Assembly: GCA_963674755.2 (NCBI GenBank)
Contig: CAXXVS010000002.1
Span: 1,344,001-1,408,000 of the forward strand
Length of the DNA stretch: 64,000 nucleotides
From: Desulfobacterales bacterium
GTDB lineage: Bacteria; Desulfobacterota; Desulfobacteria; Desulfobacterales; UBA5852
Reading direction: 5' to 3'
Part shown: piece after piece, positions 49,290 through 59,436 of the stretch
How positions within the stretch are numbered: position 1 is the first letter of the stretch
Layout of the letters: each line of letters begins with the position of its first letter
Program-made: the position numbers and the translations under genes
Notes under the pieces: model-generated
Database searches by the model: none
Seen by the model: only the letters and a program-made list of their open reading frames with translations
What the model was told of the DNA's origin: nothing

Positions 49290-51644
49290 ATGGTGCACCT
49301 TTTCCGGCAACTGCGCAACACCCTGGTGTTCAAACTCGTCCTGGCGGTGGGTCTGACCCTTCTGGTGAGCATTGCGGTCTGGGCCTATTTCAACATCCGC
49401 TACGAGAACACCAAGCTCACCCAGCACATTCTCAGTGAAACCGCCCGCTTCGGCAACACGATCAAGCTGGGCACCCACTATGCCATGATGACCAACGCCC
49501 GGGACGACATCAACCAGATCATCCTCAACATCGCCCGCCAGGAAGATATCGAAACGATCCGTATCTACAACAAAGCCGGCCAGATCAAATATTCCAATCG
49601 GCCGGAGGAGGTCGACCGGATCACCAATATCAAGGCCGAAGCCTGCGACGTCTGTCACCGCTGGGATCCGCCCCTGGAAACCCTGGCTCCCGAACAGGGG
49701 ACCCGCTTTTTTACCGGCCCGTCCGGCCAGCGGGTCATCGGGGTCATTACGCCCATCCTCAACGAACCGGGATGTTCGGAAGCCTGCCACTTCCATCCCG
49801 TCGGCAAAAAGGTCCTGGGGGCGCTGGACGTGGTCTTGTCCCTGGGAAAGGCCCAGGCCGAAATGCAGCGTTTCAAACGCGGCATTCTTCTGCTGGGGGC
49901 CTTTGTCTTTCTGGTCACCTCGGCCATCATCATGGTGGTGATGCTGCGCTTCGTCAATCGGCCCATCCGCCACCTGATCGACGAAACCCGCCTCATCGCC
50001 GAAGGCGATTACATCACCAAAGTTCCGGTGGACGGCGAGGACGAGATCAACCAGCTGGCCATGGCGGTCAACCGCATGGGGGATGAAATCGCCCGCAGTC
50101 AGGCGGATCTGCGCCGGCAGCGCAACGAGTACCAGAACCTCTTTGAGAACGTCCCCTGCGAAATCGCCGTGCTCGACCGGGAGTTCCGTCTGGTGAACTT
50201 CAACCGCAACTATGCCGCCAAATTCAATCCGGCTCCCGGGGATTATTGTTACAAGGCTTACAAAGGGCGCGAAACGAAATGCGAAAAGTGCCTGGTGGAA
50301 AAGACCTTCCAGGGCGCCGGGCCCCAACTGGGTGAGGAAACGGGTTGCGACAAGGATGGCCGGCCCGCCCACTGGCTGGTGGTCACCTCTCCCCTGGCGG
50401 ATGATACCGGGCAGGTTACCGGCGCCATGGAAATGAACCTGGATCTAACGGACATGAAGGTCCTGGAGGACAAGCTGCGCCGCTCGGAAATGAAATACCG
50501 GGCCTTCTTCAATAACATGCCCAATCCCGTTTTCGTGCTGGACGCGGCGGACCTCACCATCCTGGATTGCAACGCCAGCGTAAAAGCCGTGTATGCGTAT
50601 GAAAAATATGATATACTGGGCACATCGTTTCTCAATTTTTTCGTGGACGAGGAACAACAGGCTTTTGCCAAGGCGATTCCCACCTTGCCCTTCTTGAGCC
50701 GAGTCCGGCAAGTCAACAAATCGGGAACCCCGCTCTTCGTCAACATCCATATCTCCCCCGCTGATGACGAAGGCCGCAAGGTATTCCTCGTAACCACCAG
50801 CGATATCACCAAACGTCTCGAAGTCGAACAACAGCTCATACAGGCCAGCAAAATGGCAACCCTGGGAGAAATGGCGACCGGTGTGGCGCACGAATTGAAT
50901 CAACCCCTGTCGGTCATCAAAACGGCCAGCAGCTTTTTCATGAAGAAGGTTCGCAACCAAGAGCCGATCCAAGACGATATCATGCTGACCTTGACCGAGG
51001 AAATCGACAGTCACATCAACCGCGCCACCAAGATTATCAACCACATGCGCGAATTCGGGCGCAAGTCCGACATGGATATCGTCCCCGTTCAGATCAACGC
51101 GGTCATCAAGCGGGCCTTTGAAATCTTCAGCCAGCAACTTAAAGTGCGTGGCATCGATGTCCATTGGGAATTAGGGCAACATTTGCCGGCCATCGAAGCA
51201 GATCCCAGCTGTCTTGAACAGGTTTTCATCAATCTGCTGGTCAACGCGCGGGATGCCATCGAGTCGGATTGGGACGATGGTGCCGGACAGCTGCTGGAAC
51301 GGCCTTCCGACTATCCGGCCAAAGCGATTTTTATTCGCACCCGATGTCAGGACGACCACGTCATCGCAGAGGTGGAAGACAGCGGTAAGGGCATACCGGA
51401 GGGGATTCGCGACAAGATTTTCGAGCCTTTTTTCACCACCAAGGAAGTCGGCAAAGGGACTGGGCTGGGTCTTTCCATCAGCTATGGGATCGTCAAGGAC
51501 TGCCGTGGCGACATCCGGGTCGATTCCCTTCCCGGTCGGGGGGCACGGTTCATCATAAGCTTTCCCGCATCCTGCCCGGGAAATACCGGCAGCATCCTAC
51601 TGGCACGCAACCGCATGAACAATGAAGCATCAACTCCGGGATAA
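49290..51644 (+). CDS. Membrane sensor histidine kinase (periplasmic haem-c motifs, HAMP, 2 PAS, HisKA, HATPase)
   Basis: Two TMs flanking CDVCH and CSEACH, DEINQLA HAMP, HELNQPL, NARDA, GTGLGL. Confidence 0.92.
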   Translation: MVHLFRQLRNTLVFKLVLAVGLTLLVSIAVWAYFNIRYENTKLTQHILSETARFGNTIKLGTHYAMMTNARDDINQIILNIARQEDIETIRIYNKAGQIKYSNRPEEVDRITNIKAEACDVCHRWDPPLETLAPEQGTRFFTGPSGQRVIGVITPILNEPGCSEACHFHPVGKKVLGALDVVLSLGKAQAEMQRFKRGILLLGAFVFLVTSAIIMVVMLRFVNRPIRHLIDETRLIAEGDYITKVPVDGEDEINQLAMAVNRMGDEIARSQADLRRQRNEYQNLFENVPCEIAVLDREFRLVNFNRNYAAKFNPAPGDYCYKAYKGRETKCEKCLVEKTFQGAGPQLGEETGCDKDGRPAHWLVVTSPLADDTGQVTGAMEMNLDLTDMKVLEDKLRRSEMKYRAFFNNMPNPVFVLDAADLTILDCNASVKAVYAYEKYDILGTSFLNFFVDEEQQAFAKAIPTLPFLSRVRQVNKSGTPLFVNIHISPADDEGRKVFLVTTSDITKRLEVEQQLIQASKMATLGEMATGVAHELNQPLSVIKTASSFFMKKVRNQEPIQDDIMLTLTEEIDSHINRATKIINHMREFGRKSDMDIVPVQINAVIKRAFEIFSQQLKVRGIDVHWELGQHLPAIEADPSCLEQVFINLLVNARDAIESDWDDGAGQLLERPSDYPAKAIFIRTRCQDDHVIAEVEDSGKGIPEGIRDKIFEPFFTTKEVGKGTGLGLSISYGIVKDCRGDIRVDSLPGRGARFIISFPASCPGNTGSILLARNRMNNEASTPG

Positions 51645-53364
51645 CGTCATGTTTCTGCGATACGATCAGATCGGCGAAATATTCGACCTCCTGTCGCTGG
51701 GGGTCATCGTGCTATCGCCCGATCGCAAAATCGTATCACTCAATCGTACTGCCGAAACCCTAACGGGCAAACGGGCACAAGATGTCCTGGGCGAGAACTG
51801 CTTCGACATCTTTCTGGACTACCTATGCGGCGGCATATGCAAATATCAAGAAAAACCGGGGTTGGAAATCGAAACGTCCGTGTCCGAAATCGATTTCATC
51901 GCACCCAACCAGAAGCAATGCAGCCTGACCAAGATTGAATCCCCGCTTTTCGGTGCCGATCACCGCCTGCTGGGATGCATCGAGGTTTTTCAGGACCACT
52001 CCGCCTTCCGCGATCTCATCAAACGCATTCGATTCGAGGACCTTCGCCTTAAAATCATTCTGGACAATCTCGACATCGGGATTTTGACCGTCGACCGGGG
52101 CGACCATATCTCCTTTTTCAATACCATGGCGGAAAAAATTACGGGCTTTGCCCGCACCGATCTTCTGGGGAAATCATGCGCCAGGGTATTCGGCCCGCGC
52201 TTCAGCAAGGAGTTCCAGCCGCCTCCGAACCAACTGGAGGACGGCAACGGCCATTTCCGGGTCGAAACCGACCTGTCCACGCGCGAGGGTCAGCGCATCC
52301 CTGTCAGAACCAACTATGTCCCCTTGAAGAATGAGGAGGGCGAAGTGGTGGGGGGATTGACCACCATTTCCGATCTCTCCCTCCAATACCATTATAAAAG
52401 CGCCATTCGGGGGCAGTACACCTTCTATGACATGGTGGGCCGCCACCCTGAAATGCAGAAGATCTTTGAAATTATTCCGGTCATCGCGTCCAGCGATGCC
52501 ACCGTACTCATCGAAGGGCCCACCGGCACCGGTAAAGATCTGCTGGCCAAAATCATCCACAACGCCAGCGAGCGTGCGAACCGGAAAATGATCAAGGTGA
52601 ACTGCGCTTCTCTGCCCGACAATCTGCTGGAGTCGGAAATGTTCGGGTATGTCAAGGGGGCCTTTACCGGAGCCGAACGTGACAAGCCAGGCCGCTTTCA
52701 AATGGCCGACGGCGGCAGCATTTTCTTGGACGAGATTGGTGATCTGCCGCTGCCCTTGCAGGCTAAACTGCTGCGCGTCATTGAGGACCGTGAATTCTAC
52801 CCTCTCGGCAGCCGCCAAACGACCCAGGTGGATGTGCGCATTATTTCAGCCACCAACCAGAACCTGAAGCAGCTTGTGGAGGCCAAAAAATTCCGCGAAG
52901 ATCTTTACTACCGCCTCAATGTGATGCGCCTTGAGCTACCGTCCCTGAAGGAACGCAAAAGCGACCTGCCGCTGCTGATCGAACACATTCTCAAGCGCAT
53001 CTGCACCCACAAAGGCACCACCATCAACCACATCGACGAGTCGGCCATGGAGGTGCTCCTCAATTATGACTATCCCGGCAACGTCCGCGAACTCGAAAAC
53101 ATTCTTGAGCATGCCCTCATCATCTGTCGCGGCGATATGATCGAGAGAAAGCACTTTCCGCTCTGGCTTCTCAAGGATGCCCCCCAGGAACCCTCGGACG
53201 ACGGCAGCATCGGATACGTTGGGCGGGTATGGGATGAAAAGGAACGGATCATCGATGCGCTCCGTCGCTGTCGATGGAACAAAAGCCAAACAGCACGCGC
53301 TCTGAATATGGACCGCACCACCCTGTGGCGCAAGATGAAAAAATACCGGATCGGCGAAAACTGA
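51622..53364 (+). CDS. Sigma54-dependent activator PAS-PAS-AAA+-Fis HTH, no receiver domain
   Basis: GPTGTGKD, GAFTGA, FLDEIG, FREDLYYRLNV, YPGNVRELEN, DRTTLWRK; start may be 51649. Confidence 0.94.
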   Translation: MKHQLRDNVMFLRYDQIGEIFDLLSLGVIVLSPDRKIVSLNRTAETLTGKRAQDVLGENCFDIFLDYLCGGICKYQEKPGLEIETSVSEIDFIAPNQKQCSLTKIESPLFGADHRLLGCIEVFQDHSAFRDLIKRIRFEDLRLKIILDNLDIGILTVDRGDHISFFNTMAEKITGFARTDLLGKSCARVFGPRFSKEFQPPPNQLEDGNGHFRVETDLSTREGQRIPVRTNYVPLKNEEGEVVGGLTTISDLSLQYHYKSAIRGQYTFYDMVGRHPEMQKIFEIIPVIASSDATVLIEGPTGTGKDLLAKIIHNASERANRKMIKVNCASLPDNLLESEMFGYVKGAFTGAERDKPGRFQMADGGSIFLDEIGDLPLPLQAKLLRVIEDREFYPLGSRQTTQVDVRIISATNQNLKQLVEAKKFREDLYYRLNVMRLELPSLKERKSDLPLLIEHILKRICTHKGTTINHIDESAMEVLLNYDYPGNVRELENILEHALIICRGDMIERKHFPLWLLKDAPQEPSDDGSIGYVGRVWDEKERIIDALRRCRWNKSQTARALNMDRTTLWRKMKKYRIGEN

Positions 53365-53408
53365 AACCGCCTGCCCCGTCTGTGGGCCCACCGGTGGGAA
53401 CGCTAACC

Positions 53409-54923
53409 ATGGCAAAGGAAAAAATACTCATCGTCGACGATGAAGAGGGTATCCGCAAAGTTCTGGGGATCTCCCTGACCGACCGGGGCTATACTGTCCT
53501 GAGGTCCGAGAACGCTGTGGAGGCCTTGCAGGTCTTTAACGCCGAGCAGCCGGATATCGTCCTGACCGACATCAAAATGCCCGGGATGGACGGCATCGAA
53601 CTCCTACGTCGTCTCAAGCGGACCAATCCCGATACGGAAGTCGTGGTCATCACCGGCCACGGCGACATGGACCTGGCCATCAGGAGTCTCAAATACGAAG
53701 CCACAGACTTTATTACCAAACCCATCGACGATGCCCATTTGGATCGGGCCCTGCAAAAATCCAGAGAACGCATCGCCCTGCGCAATCAGTTGCGGCAATA
53801 CACCGAAAACCTGGAAAGCCTTCTTCAGCAGAAATCCGAACGTCTTGCCCTACAAACGGAGAACGGTACCCAACCGAACCTGTTTGACCGTCTGCCGGGA
53901 TATGTTACCGTCCACAATGCACACTATCAGATTACCTCCGCCAACCACCGCTTTAAAGAAGACTTCGCCTTTGATCCCCCATCCGGCGCGTTTTGTTATG
54001 AAGTGGTCCGGGGACGCACCGCCCCCTGCGAAGACTGCCCGGTGGCGCTCACTTTCGCGAATGGCAAATCCCACCAATGCGAACTGACCTACAAAACCCC
54101 TTCCGGCCAGGATTGCCATCTCTTCGCCTGGACGACGCCCCTGCGGGAAACCAGCGACAAAATCGGCGCCGTGATAATGATGGCCACCGATATCTCCCCT
54201 ATTCTGGACATGCGCGACCATCTGTCCTCCCTGGGGCTGATGATCGGCTCGGTCTCCCACAGCATCAAGGGCTTGCTGACCGGCTTGGACGGCGGGGTTT
54301 ACATGCTGGACAGGGGGTTTGCCAAGGACGACGCCGATCAGATCGGAGAGGGGCTCGATATTGTCAAAATAATGGTGGGGCGCATCAAGAACATGGTCCT
54401 GGACGTCCTGTATTACGCCAAGGAACGGGACCTGGCGCTTGCTTCCTGCCGGATTTTGGACCTGGCCGAAGAAACGGCCGCTGTGGTGCGGCCACGCATC
54501 GCGTCATCGGGCATCGATCTGATCTGTGATTTCGCCGATGACCTGAACGATTTGGAATTTCAAGTCGATCCGGATCAGCTGCGGGCCGCTCTGGTCAACA
54601 TCCTCGAAAACGCGCTGGATGCCTGCCGGGAGAAGAGCGATCCGACCGGTCCGCAGATTGCCTTCCGGGTCTATCCTGAGGACCGCTACGTGGTTTTCGC
54701 CATCGCCGACAACGGGGTCGGCATAAGCGAGGAAGTTCAATCCCGCATCTTTAACCTGTTCTTTTCCTCCAAGGCCACCCAGGGGACCGGCATCGGGCTT
54801 TTCATTACCCGCAAGATCATCCGTCAGCACGGCGGCGAGATTATCGTAACCTCCCAGCCCGGTGAAGGCACCCTCTTCCTGGTCCGTATCCCCCTGGACG
54901 CTCCGCCGCCGCAAAATCCATAG
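53409..54923 (+). CDS. Hybrid histidine kinase REC-PAS-HisKA-HATPase
   Basis: VDDE/TDIKMP/TKP receiver, H-box SHSIKG, NALDA, DNGVG, GTGIGL. Confidence 0.9.
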   Translation: MAKEKILIVDDEEGIRKVLGISLTDRGYTVLRSENAVEALQVFNAEQPDIVLTDIKMPGMDGIELLRRLKRTNPDTEVVVITGHGDMDLAIRSLKYEATDFITKPIDDAHLDRALQKSRERIALRNQLRQYTENLESLLQQKSERLALQTENGTQPNLFDRLPGYVTVHNAHYQITSANHRFKEDFAFDPPSGAFCYEVVRGRTAPCEDCPVALTFANGKSHQCELTYKTPSGQDCHLFAWTTPLRETSDKIGAVIMMATDISPILDMRDHLSSLGLMIGSVSHSIKGLLTGLDGGVYMLDRGFAKDDADQIGEGLDIVKIMVGRIKNMVLDVLYYAKERDLALASCRILDLAEETAAVVRPRIASSGIDLICDFADDLNDLEFQVDPDQLRAALVNILENALDACREKSDPTGPQIAFRVYPEDRYVVFAIADNGVGISEEVQSRIFNLFFSSKATQGTGIGLFITRKIIRQHGGEIIVTSQPGEGTLFLVRIPLDAPPPQNP

Positions 54924-55105
54924 GAAAGTGCCGTCCCGCAACGTTCCCCAGTAGCCTTCCCCCAATTCGTGGTTACTGTATTGTTAGGCCGCCAACCTTC
55001 AACACCCTATAACACGCCAACGGACGGCCCCGTGCCTCCAACGGTCATTTTTAAACACTGGAATGGTGTGGCGGCCACCCCATTTTCCTGCCTTTTGACA
55101 CCGTT

Positions 55106-55411
55106 TTACATCGTCAGATACCTAAAGATGAAAGTGCCGTCGTTGATGTCGATGGTCAGGTTGGCGCCCCGGGCGTCGGCGAACACCTGCCAGGGCGGAC
55201 GGTCTTTGGAGCCGCAGTCATAATCCGGGAAGCCCTGTCCGGTTTGGCCGTTGTACCAGGCCAACTGCATGGCATTGCGGTTGATTTCGAGGGCCTTGTT
55301 CTTGGCCCGGTCCCGGGCCGTGTTGAAATCCAGATCGGGATCGTCAATCGTCAGCTTTATGGTTTCATGGGCGGTTTCGCCCGGTTTGGTGTGGATCTCC
55401 ATTTTTGTCAT
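55106..55411 (-). CDS. AF1514-like small protein
   Basis: AMQLAWY..FP..C..PPW..A.ARGANLTIDIN.G.FIF pattern; GAAAGG RBS. Confidence 0.7.
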   Translation of the reverse strand: MTKMEIHTKPGETAHETIKLTIDDPDLDFNTARDRAKNKALEINRNAMQLAWYNGQTGQGFPDYDCGSKDRPPWQVFADARGANLTIDINDGTFIFRYLTM

Positions 55412-55583
55412 CCTTTCCGGAAGGCGCAACATCGGTTTGGGCCGCCGTCTGGTGGACACCGGCGACCGTTGCGAGGATAGGATAAGGACGTCGGCCACGC
55501 CTGGCAAATTTTCGCTGCCGATCAAAGCGCGTATAGACCGTGCCGAATCGAGCCGGCGGTCGCACGCCCTTGTGGAAGGCGCC

Positions 55584-56317
55584 TCACGCCGCGGTGGTGG
55601 AAAGGTGTCGCGCGATTTTCTGGCGCACCATTTCCGCGGTCTCCTCCACGCTCAGCCGGGCAAACTGTCCATAGGGGATCTCTTCCAAAACCTCGACCCG
55701 GATGGCGTGCCGACCGTGGAAATTGAGACTGTGTTTGGGCAGGGCATTCCTGGTGCCGCTGATGGCCACGGCCAGGATCGGCAGCTTCATTTGATGGGCC
55801 AGGATAAAGGCACCCGGCTTGAACGGTTTCAATTGCCCGGTCCTGGAACGGGTGCCTTCGGGGAAAAAGAACAGCGAGCATTTCCGGGCAAGGGCTTTTT
55901 GGCAGGCCGCCATCATCTGGCGGATGCTTTCCTTGTCCCCCCGTTTGAGCCCGATATAGCGGTTGAGGACCATATTCCAGCCGATGAAGGGCAGACGGAA
56001 CACCTCGGCCTTGGACACCCATTTGAAGGGGAAAAACAGACGGAAAGCCACCAGGATGTCAAGCTGGCTCTGGTGGTTGGAAACCACGATATAGGTCGCA
56101 GCGCGCCGGATTTTTTCGCGCCCGGCCGCAGTCACGGACCAGGCCGGCATAACCCACAGGTAAAGGCAGGCCCAGAAGGAGGTGAACAAATGCAGTCCGA
56201 CCAACCGCCGGTCGAAGGGCGTTGTCAGCAGCCAGATGATCAGGGCCAGGACAAAAAAAAAGCGGAGGATACTGCCATGAAGGCCAGAAACAGGATGGAA
56301 ATCAGTCGATTGGTCAT
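55584..56317 (-). pseudogene. PlsC-like 1-acyl-glycerol-3-phosphate acyltransferase frameshifted in a T9 tract
   Basis: NHQSQLD and FPEGTR intact; ATG 56317 is out of frame and one extra T at 56253-56261 restores a continuous N-terminal TM segment. Confidence 0.7.
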
Positions 56318-56482
56318 GGGCAGTCGCTGGGTATGGGTCGAAACGGTTCCGTAAGACGGCGATTCATATGTCCGCCGCATCACAAGCAATGGTCAGGTCA
56401 GTCTCTATTGAATTTGACAGCGACTGTCAATGCCCGATGGCGGCAAACCATTGCGATTGCCATCCGTTCATGGGTACCGCAT

Positions 56483-56770
56483 TTATTGCCCGCAGCATTT
56501 TTTATACTTTTTACCGCTGCCGCAGGGGCAGAGGTCGTTGCGGCCCACCTTATCCTCGGCAACCCTGGTTTTGACGGGGTTCTGCAACATTTCCAGATCG
56601 GTGAGATTCTCGGGTTTGTCGGGCGCCAGCTCGATTTCGCAATCCCAGCCATGGGCTTCGCACTTGGTGCGCATTTCTTCGCGCTTTTTTTCGGTTTGCA
56701 CGGAAATTTTGGCCGGGTTCTTTTCGGTGCCCAAGCGCGCCTTCTTTTTGCCGTCAAATATTTTTTCCAT
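56483..56770 (-). CDS. SEC-C motif metal-binding protein
   Basis: [10 protein letters not shown]-terminus; [18 protein letters not shown]. Confidence 0.88.
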   Translation of the reverse strand: MEKIFDGKKKARLGTEKNPAKISVQTEKKREEMRTKCEAHGWDCEIELAPDKPENLTDLEMLQNPVKTRVAEDKVGRNDLCPCGSGKKYKKCCGQ

Positions 56771-56912
56771 TGGTCATCCCTGTGTTTTGATTTGGCTTTC
56801 CTGGTGGTCGGCCGCCGCACCGCACTCGGCCATGAAACAGCGGGTGGTCGCGAAGGGCACCCATCGTGCCGTCACCGTCCCCTCCGGGACGTTCCTGATC
56901 CGCGAATGGAGA

Positions 56913-57605
56913 TTAAGCCTTATTGTCCAGATATTCAAGGATGTCGTTCATCAGGCCGTTAATGGTGAGATATCGCTCGGGGGGGGCCGACAAGATTTCC
57001 TGCTCGGTCTGGATATACGCACCGTCGGTCAATTCATCCCGGCAATGGGTCACGATCGCCTGCGCTGAATCCGGCGTTGTTTCAAGGTGGAACTGAAGCC
57101 CGATCACATGGTTACCGATCTGAAAGGCCTGGTTCTGACATCCGGTGCTTTGGGCAAGTTGGACCGCCTGGGGCGGCAAGTCGAAGGTCTCACCATGCCA
57201 ATGGAACACGGTTGTCTCTTCCGGAAATTTGAAGGACGCTTCGTTGGATGACGCTACCGCCTGGACCGGAAACCAGCCGATTTCCTTGACCGCATTGGGA
57301 AATACCTTGGCTCCCATTGCACTGGCGATAAGCTGGGCCCCCAGGCAAATCCCCAAGGTGGGTGTTCCTGACGCGACAACGCTTCGTATGAAGGCCTTTT
57401 CGTCAACGAGCCAAGGGTATTCAAGTTCATCATTGACACTCATGGGGCCGCCCATGACCACCAGGAGATCAATCTCGTCAACCTCGGGCAACGCTTCAGA
57501 CAGATGGAACCGGGTGCTGGTGATGTCGTAACCGGCCGTTTGCAGCCATGTTTCGATACTGCCCAGGCCTTCAAACGGAACATGCTGTAAATAGTGGGCG
57601 CGCAT
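56913..57605 (-). CDS. Type 1 glutamine amidotransferase (GMP synthase-like)
   Basis: MGGPMS, GICLGAQ, FHWHGETF, LQFHLE. Confidence 0.9.
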   Translation of the reverse strand: MRAHYLQHVPFEGLGSIETWLQTAGYDITSTRFHLSEALPEVDEIDLLVVMGGPMSVNDELEYPWLVDEKAFIRSVVASGTPTLGICLGAQLIASAMGAKVFPNAVKEIGWFPVQAVASSNEASFKFPEETTVFHWHGETFDLPPQAVQLAQSTGCQNQAFQIGNHVIGLQFHLETTPDSAQAIVTHCRDELTDGAYIQTEQEILSAPPERYLTINGLMNDILEYLDNKA

Positions 57606-57615
57606 TTCTTCTCCT

Positions 57616-57745
57616 TTATTTCAAACACAAAACCGCTCCTGCAATTTCGAGTGGCGCTTCCCGGGGAAGATGATGACCGGCACCGGGAATCACCCGGCGC
57701 TCATACCGGCCGGTGGAAAAACGATGGTGATCCGCCGCCCCCCTA
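57616..57745 (-). pseudogene. C-terminal remnant of an alpha/beta hydrolase
   Basis: RYERRVIPGAGHHLPREAPLEIAGAV resembles the catalytic-His end of alpha/beta hydrolases; the upstream part is occupied by another gene. Confidence 0.55.
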
Positions 57746-58729
57746 TCAATAAGGGCCGCGGATTTGACTGTGAATGCTACGTCGGTACATATCGGCCAGC
57801 ACCTGGTGGAGCGCAGGGGGCAGCGCCGGGATCTCCGAAACCGCGGCATTTTCCCTTACCTGTTCCGGAGAGCTGGCCCCCGGGATGACCACCGAGACGG
57901 CATCGTGGTCGATGATCCAGCGCAGCGCCAACTGAGCCATGGACATCCCGCCCGGCCGGACCTCTTTGATCATGTCTGCCAATGCGACACCCGTTTCGAA
58001 GGGCAGGCCGGCAAAGGTTTCTCCCACGTTAAAGAACCGGCCGTCGCGGTTGTAATGGCGGTGGTCCGTTATTACGAACGTCGTGTCTTTGGTGAATTTC
58101 CCGCTGAGCAGACCGCTGGCCAGGGGCAGGCGCACGATGATGCCAATCCCCCTGGCCTTGGCCTTGGGAAGCAGCTCCGAAGCGATTTTCTGGCGGAAGA
58201 TATTGAAGATGACCTGCAGGGAAAACAGCTCCTCTTGTTCCATGCAGAGCAGGCCTTCCGCGATCGATTCCACACTGGCACCAAATTCTTTGATCAGACC
58301 GTCCTGTCTGAGTTTTCGCAACCAGTCGAAGACCTCGCCTTTCCGCAAAACCTCCGGCGGGATGCAGTGCAGCTGCAGAAGATCAAGCCGTTCGACGTGG
58401 AGTCTTTTGAGCGACGCCTCGACCGAGCGGCGCATGATGTCTTCCGAATACTTATCCGGATAAACATCATCCCCACGGCCGAACTTGGTCGCTACCGTTA
58501 CAGGGCTTGAACACGTTTTGAGAAATCGTCCAATCAGGGCCTCGCTCCGGCCGGCCCCATACACATTGGCGGTGTCGAAGAAGTTGACGCCGTTTTCAAC
58601 GGCCGTTGCCATAATGGCAAGCGCGGTCTCTTCCGGCATATCCCCGAAATCGCCACCGAACTGCCAGCAGCCCAGACCGACCTCGCCAATGCGGTAGCCG
58701 TCTTTACCCATTTGTCGTAGTTTCATCAT
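57746..58729 (-). CDS. Aldo/keto reductase
   Basis: GLGCWQFGG, FFDTANVYG, ATK, LLQLH, PLASGLLSGK, VIPGA. Confidence 0.92.
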   Translation of the reverse strand: MMKLRQMGKDGYRIGEVGLGCWQFGGDFGDMPEETALAIMATAVENGVNFFDTANVYGAGRSEALIGRFLKTCSSPVTVATKFGRGDDVYPDKYSEDIMRRSVEASLKRLHVERLDLLQLHCIPPEVLRKGEVFDWLRKLRQDGLIKEFGASVESIAEGLLCMEQEELFSLQVIFNIFRQKIASELLPKAKARGIGIIVRLPLASGLLSGKFTKDTTFVITDHRHYNRDGRFFNVGETFAGLPFETGVALADMIKEVRPGGMSMAQLALRWIIDHDAVSVVIPGASSPEQVRENAAVSEIPALPPALHQVLADMYRRSIHSQIRGPY

Positions 58730-58798
58730 CACCCCTCTATTGTTCATCGGCCGAAGCCACGCCAGGTAATTTATTATCAGGCTTCCATAAGCCTCATA

Positions 58799-59395
58799 TT
58801 AATCGAACAATTTAGCCAACTCGGAGTCGATTCTGCTTTTTATCCGGGTTATTCTCTCGTTATTCACCGTTTCGCATTTATAGAACGACAAGTATCGCAA
58901 GCGGCAGTTGCGGGCGCATGCCCCCAACAACGCGAACCGCAATATCCGTTTGATGGGCCGCCACAGGACAAGGTAATCCACCCACCAGGGCGCGCCAAGG
59001 GTCGTTACGACAACAGCTTTCCGTAAGCCATCGAGTCTGGGGCGAATGGGGCCCAAATCACTGGCATGATCGTACGCGACGCCTGGTACCCATATCCTGT
59101 CGAACCAGCCCTTCAGGATGGCCGGAAAGCCAAACCACCACGTCGGAAACACCATGACCAGCGCCTCGGCCTTCTCAAGCCGCCGGACCTCATGGGCAAC
59201 GCCTGTCGCATCATAGTGATCCGCGTAATACCGTCTTCTTTCACTGTCGGATAAAACGGGATCGAATTGCGTTGCGTATAAATTCTCAACGACTATCGTA
59301 TGGCCGAAGCTTTCAAGTCTGCGGATAATGTGATCGGCCAGGGCCGTGCACAGGCTGTTTTCCAGGGGATGGGCGGTAACCACAAGGATATTCAT
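58799..59395 (-). CDS. Flavodoxin-fold NAD(P)H:quinone oxidoreductase (MdaB/KefF-like)
   Basis: AHP..S, FPTWWFGFPAILKGWFDR; start uncertain. Confidence 0.88.
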   Translation of the reverse strand: MNILVVTAHPLENSLCTALADHIIRRLESFGHTIVVENLYATQFDPVLSDSERRRYYADHYDATGVAHEVRRLEKAEALVMVFPTWWFGFPAILKGWFDRIWVPGVAYDHASDLGPIRPRLDGLRKAVVVTTLGAPWWVDYLVLWRPIKRILRFALLGACARNCRLRYLSFYKCETVNNERITRIKSRIDSELAKLFD

Positions 59396-59436
59396 AGAAG
59401 CCATTGCCATGCATATCATCAGGGATAATCGATGAA

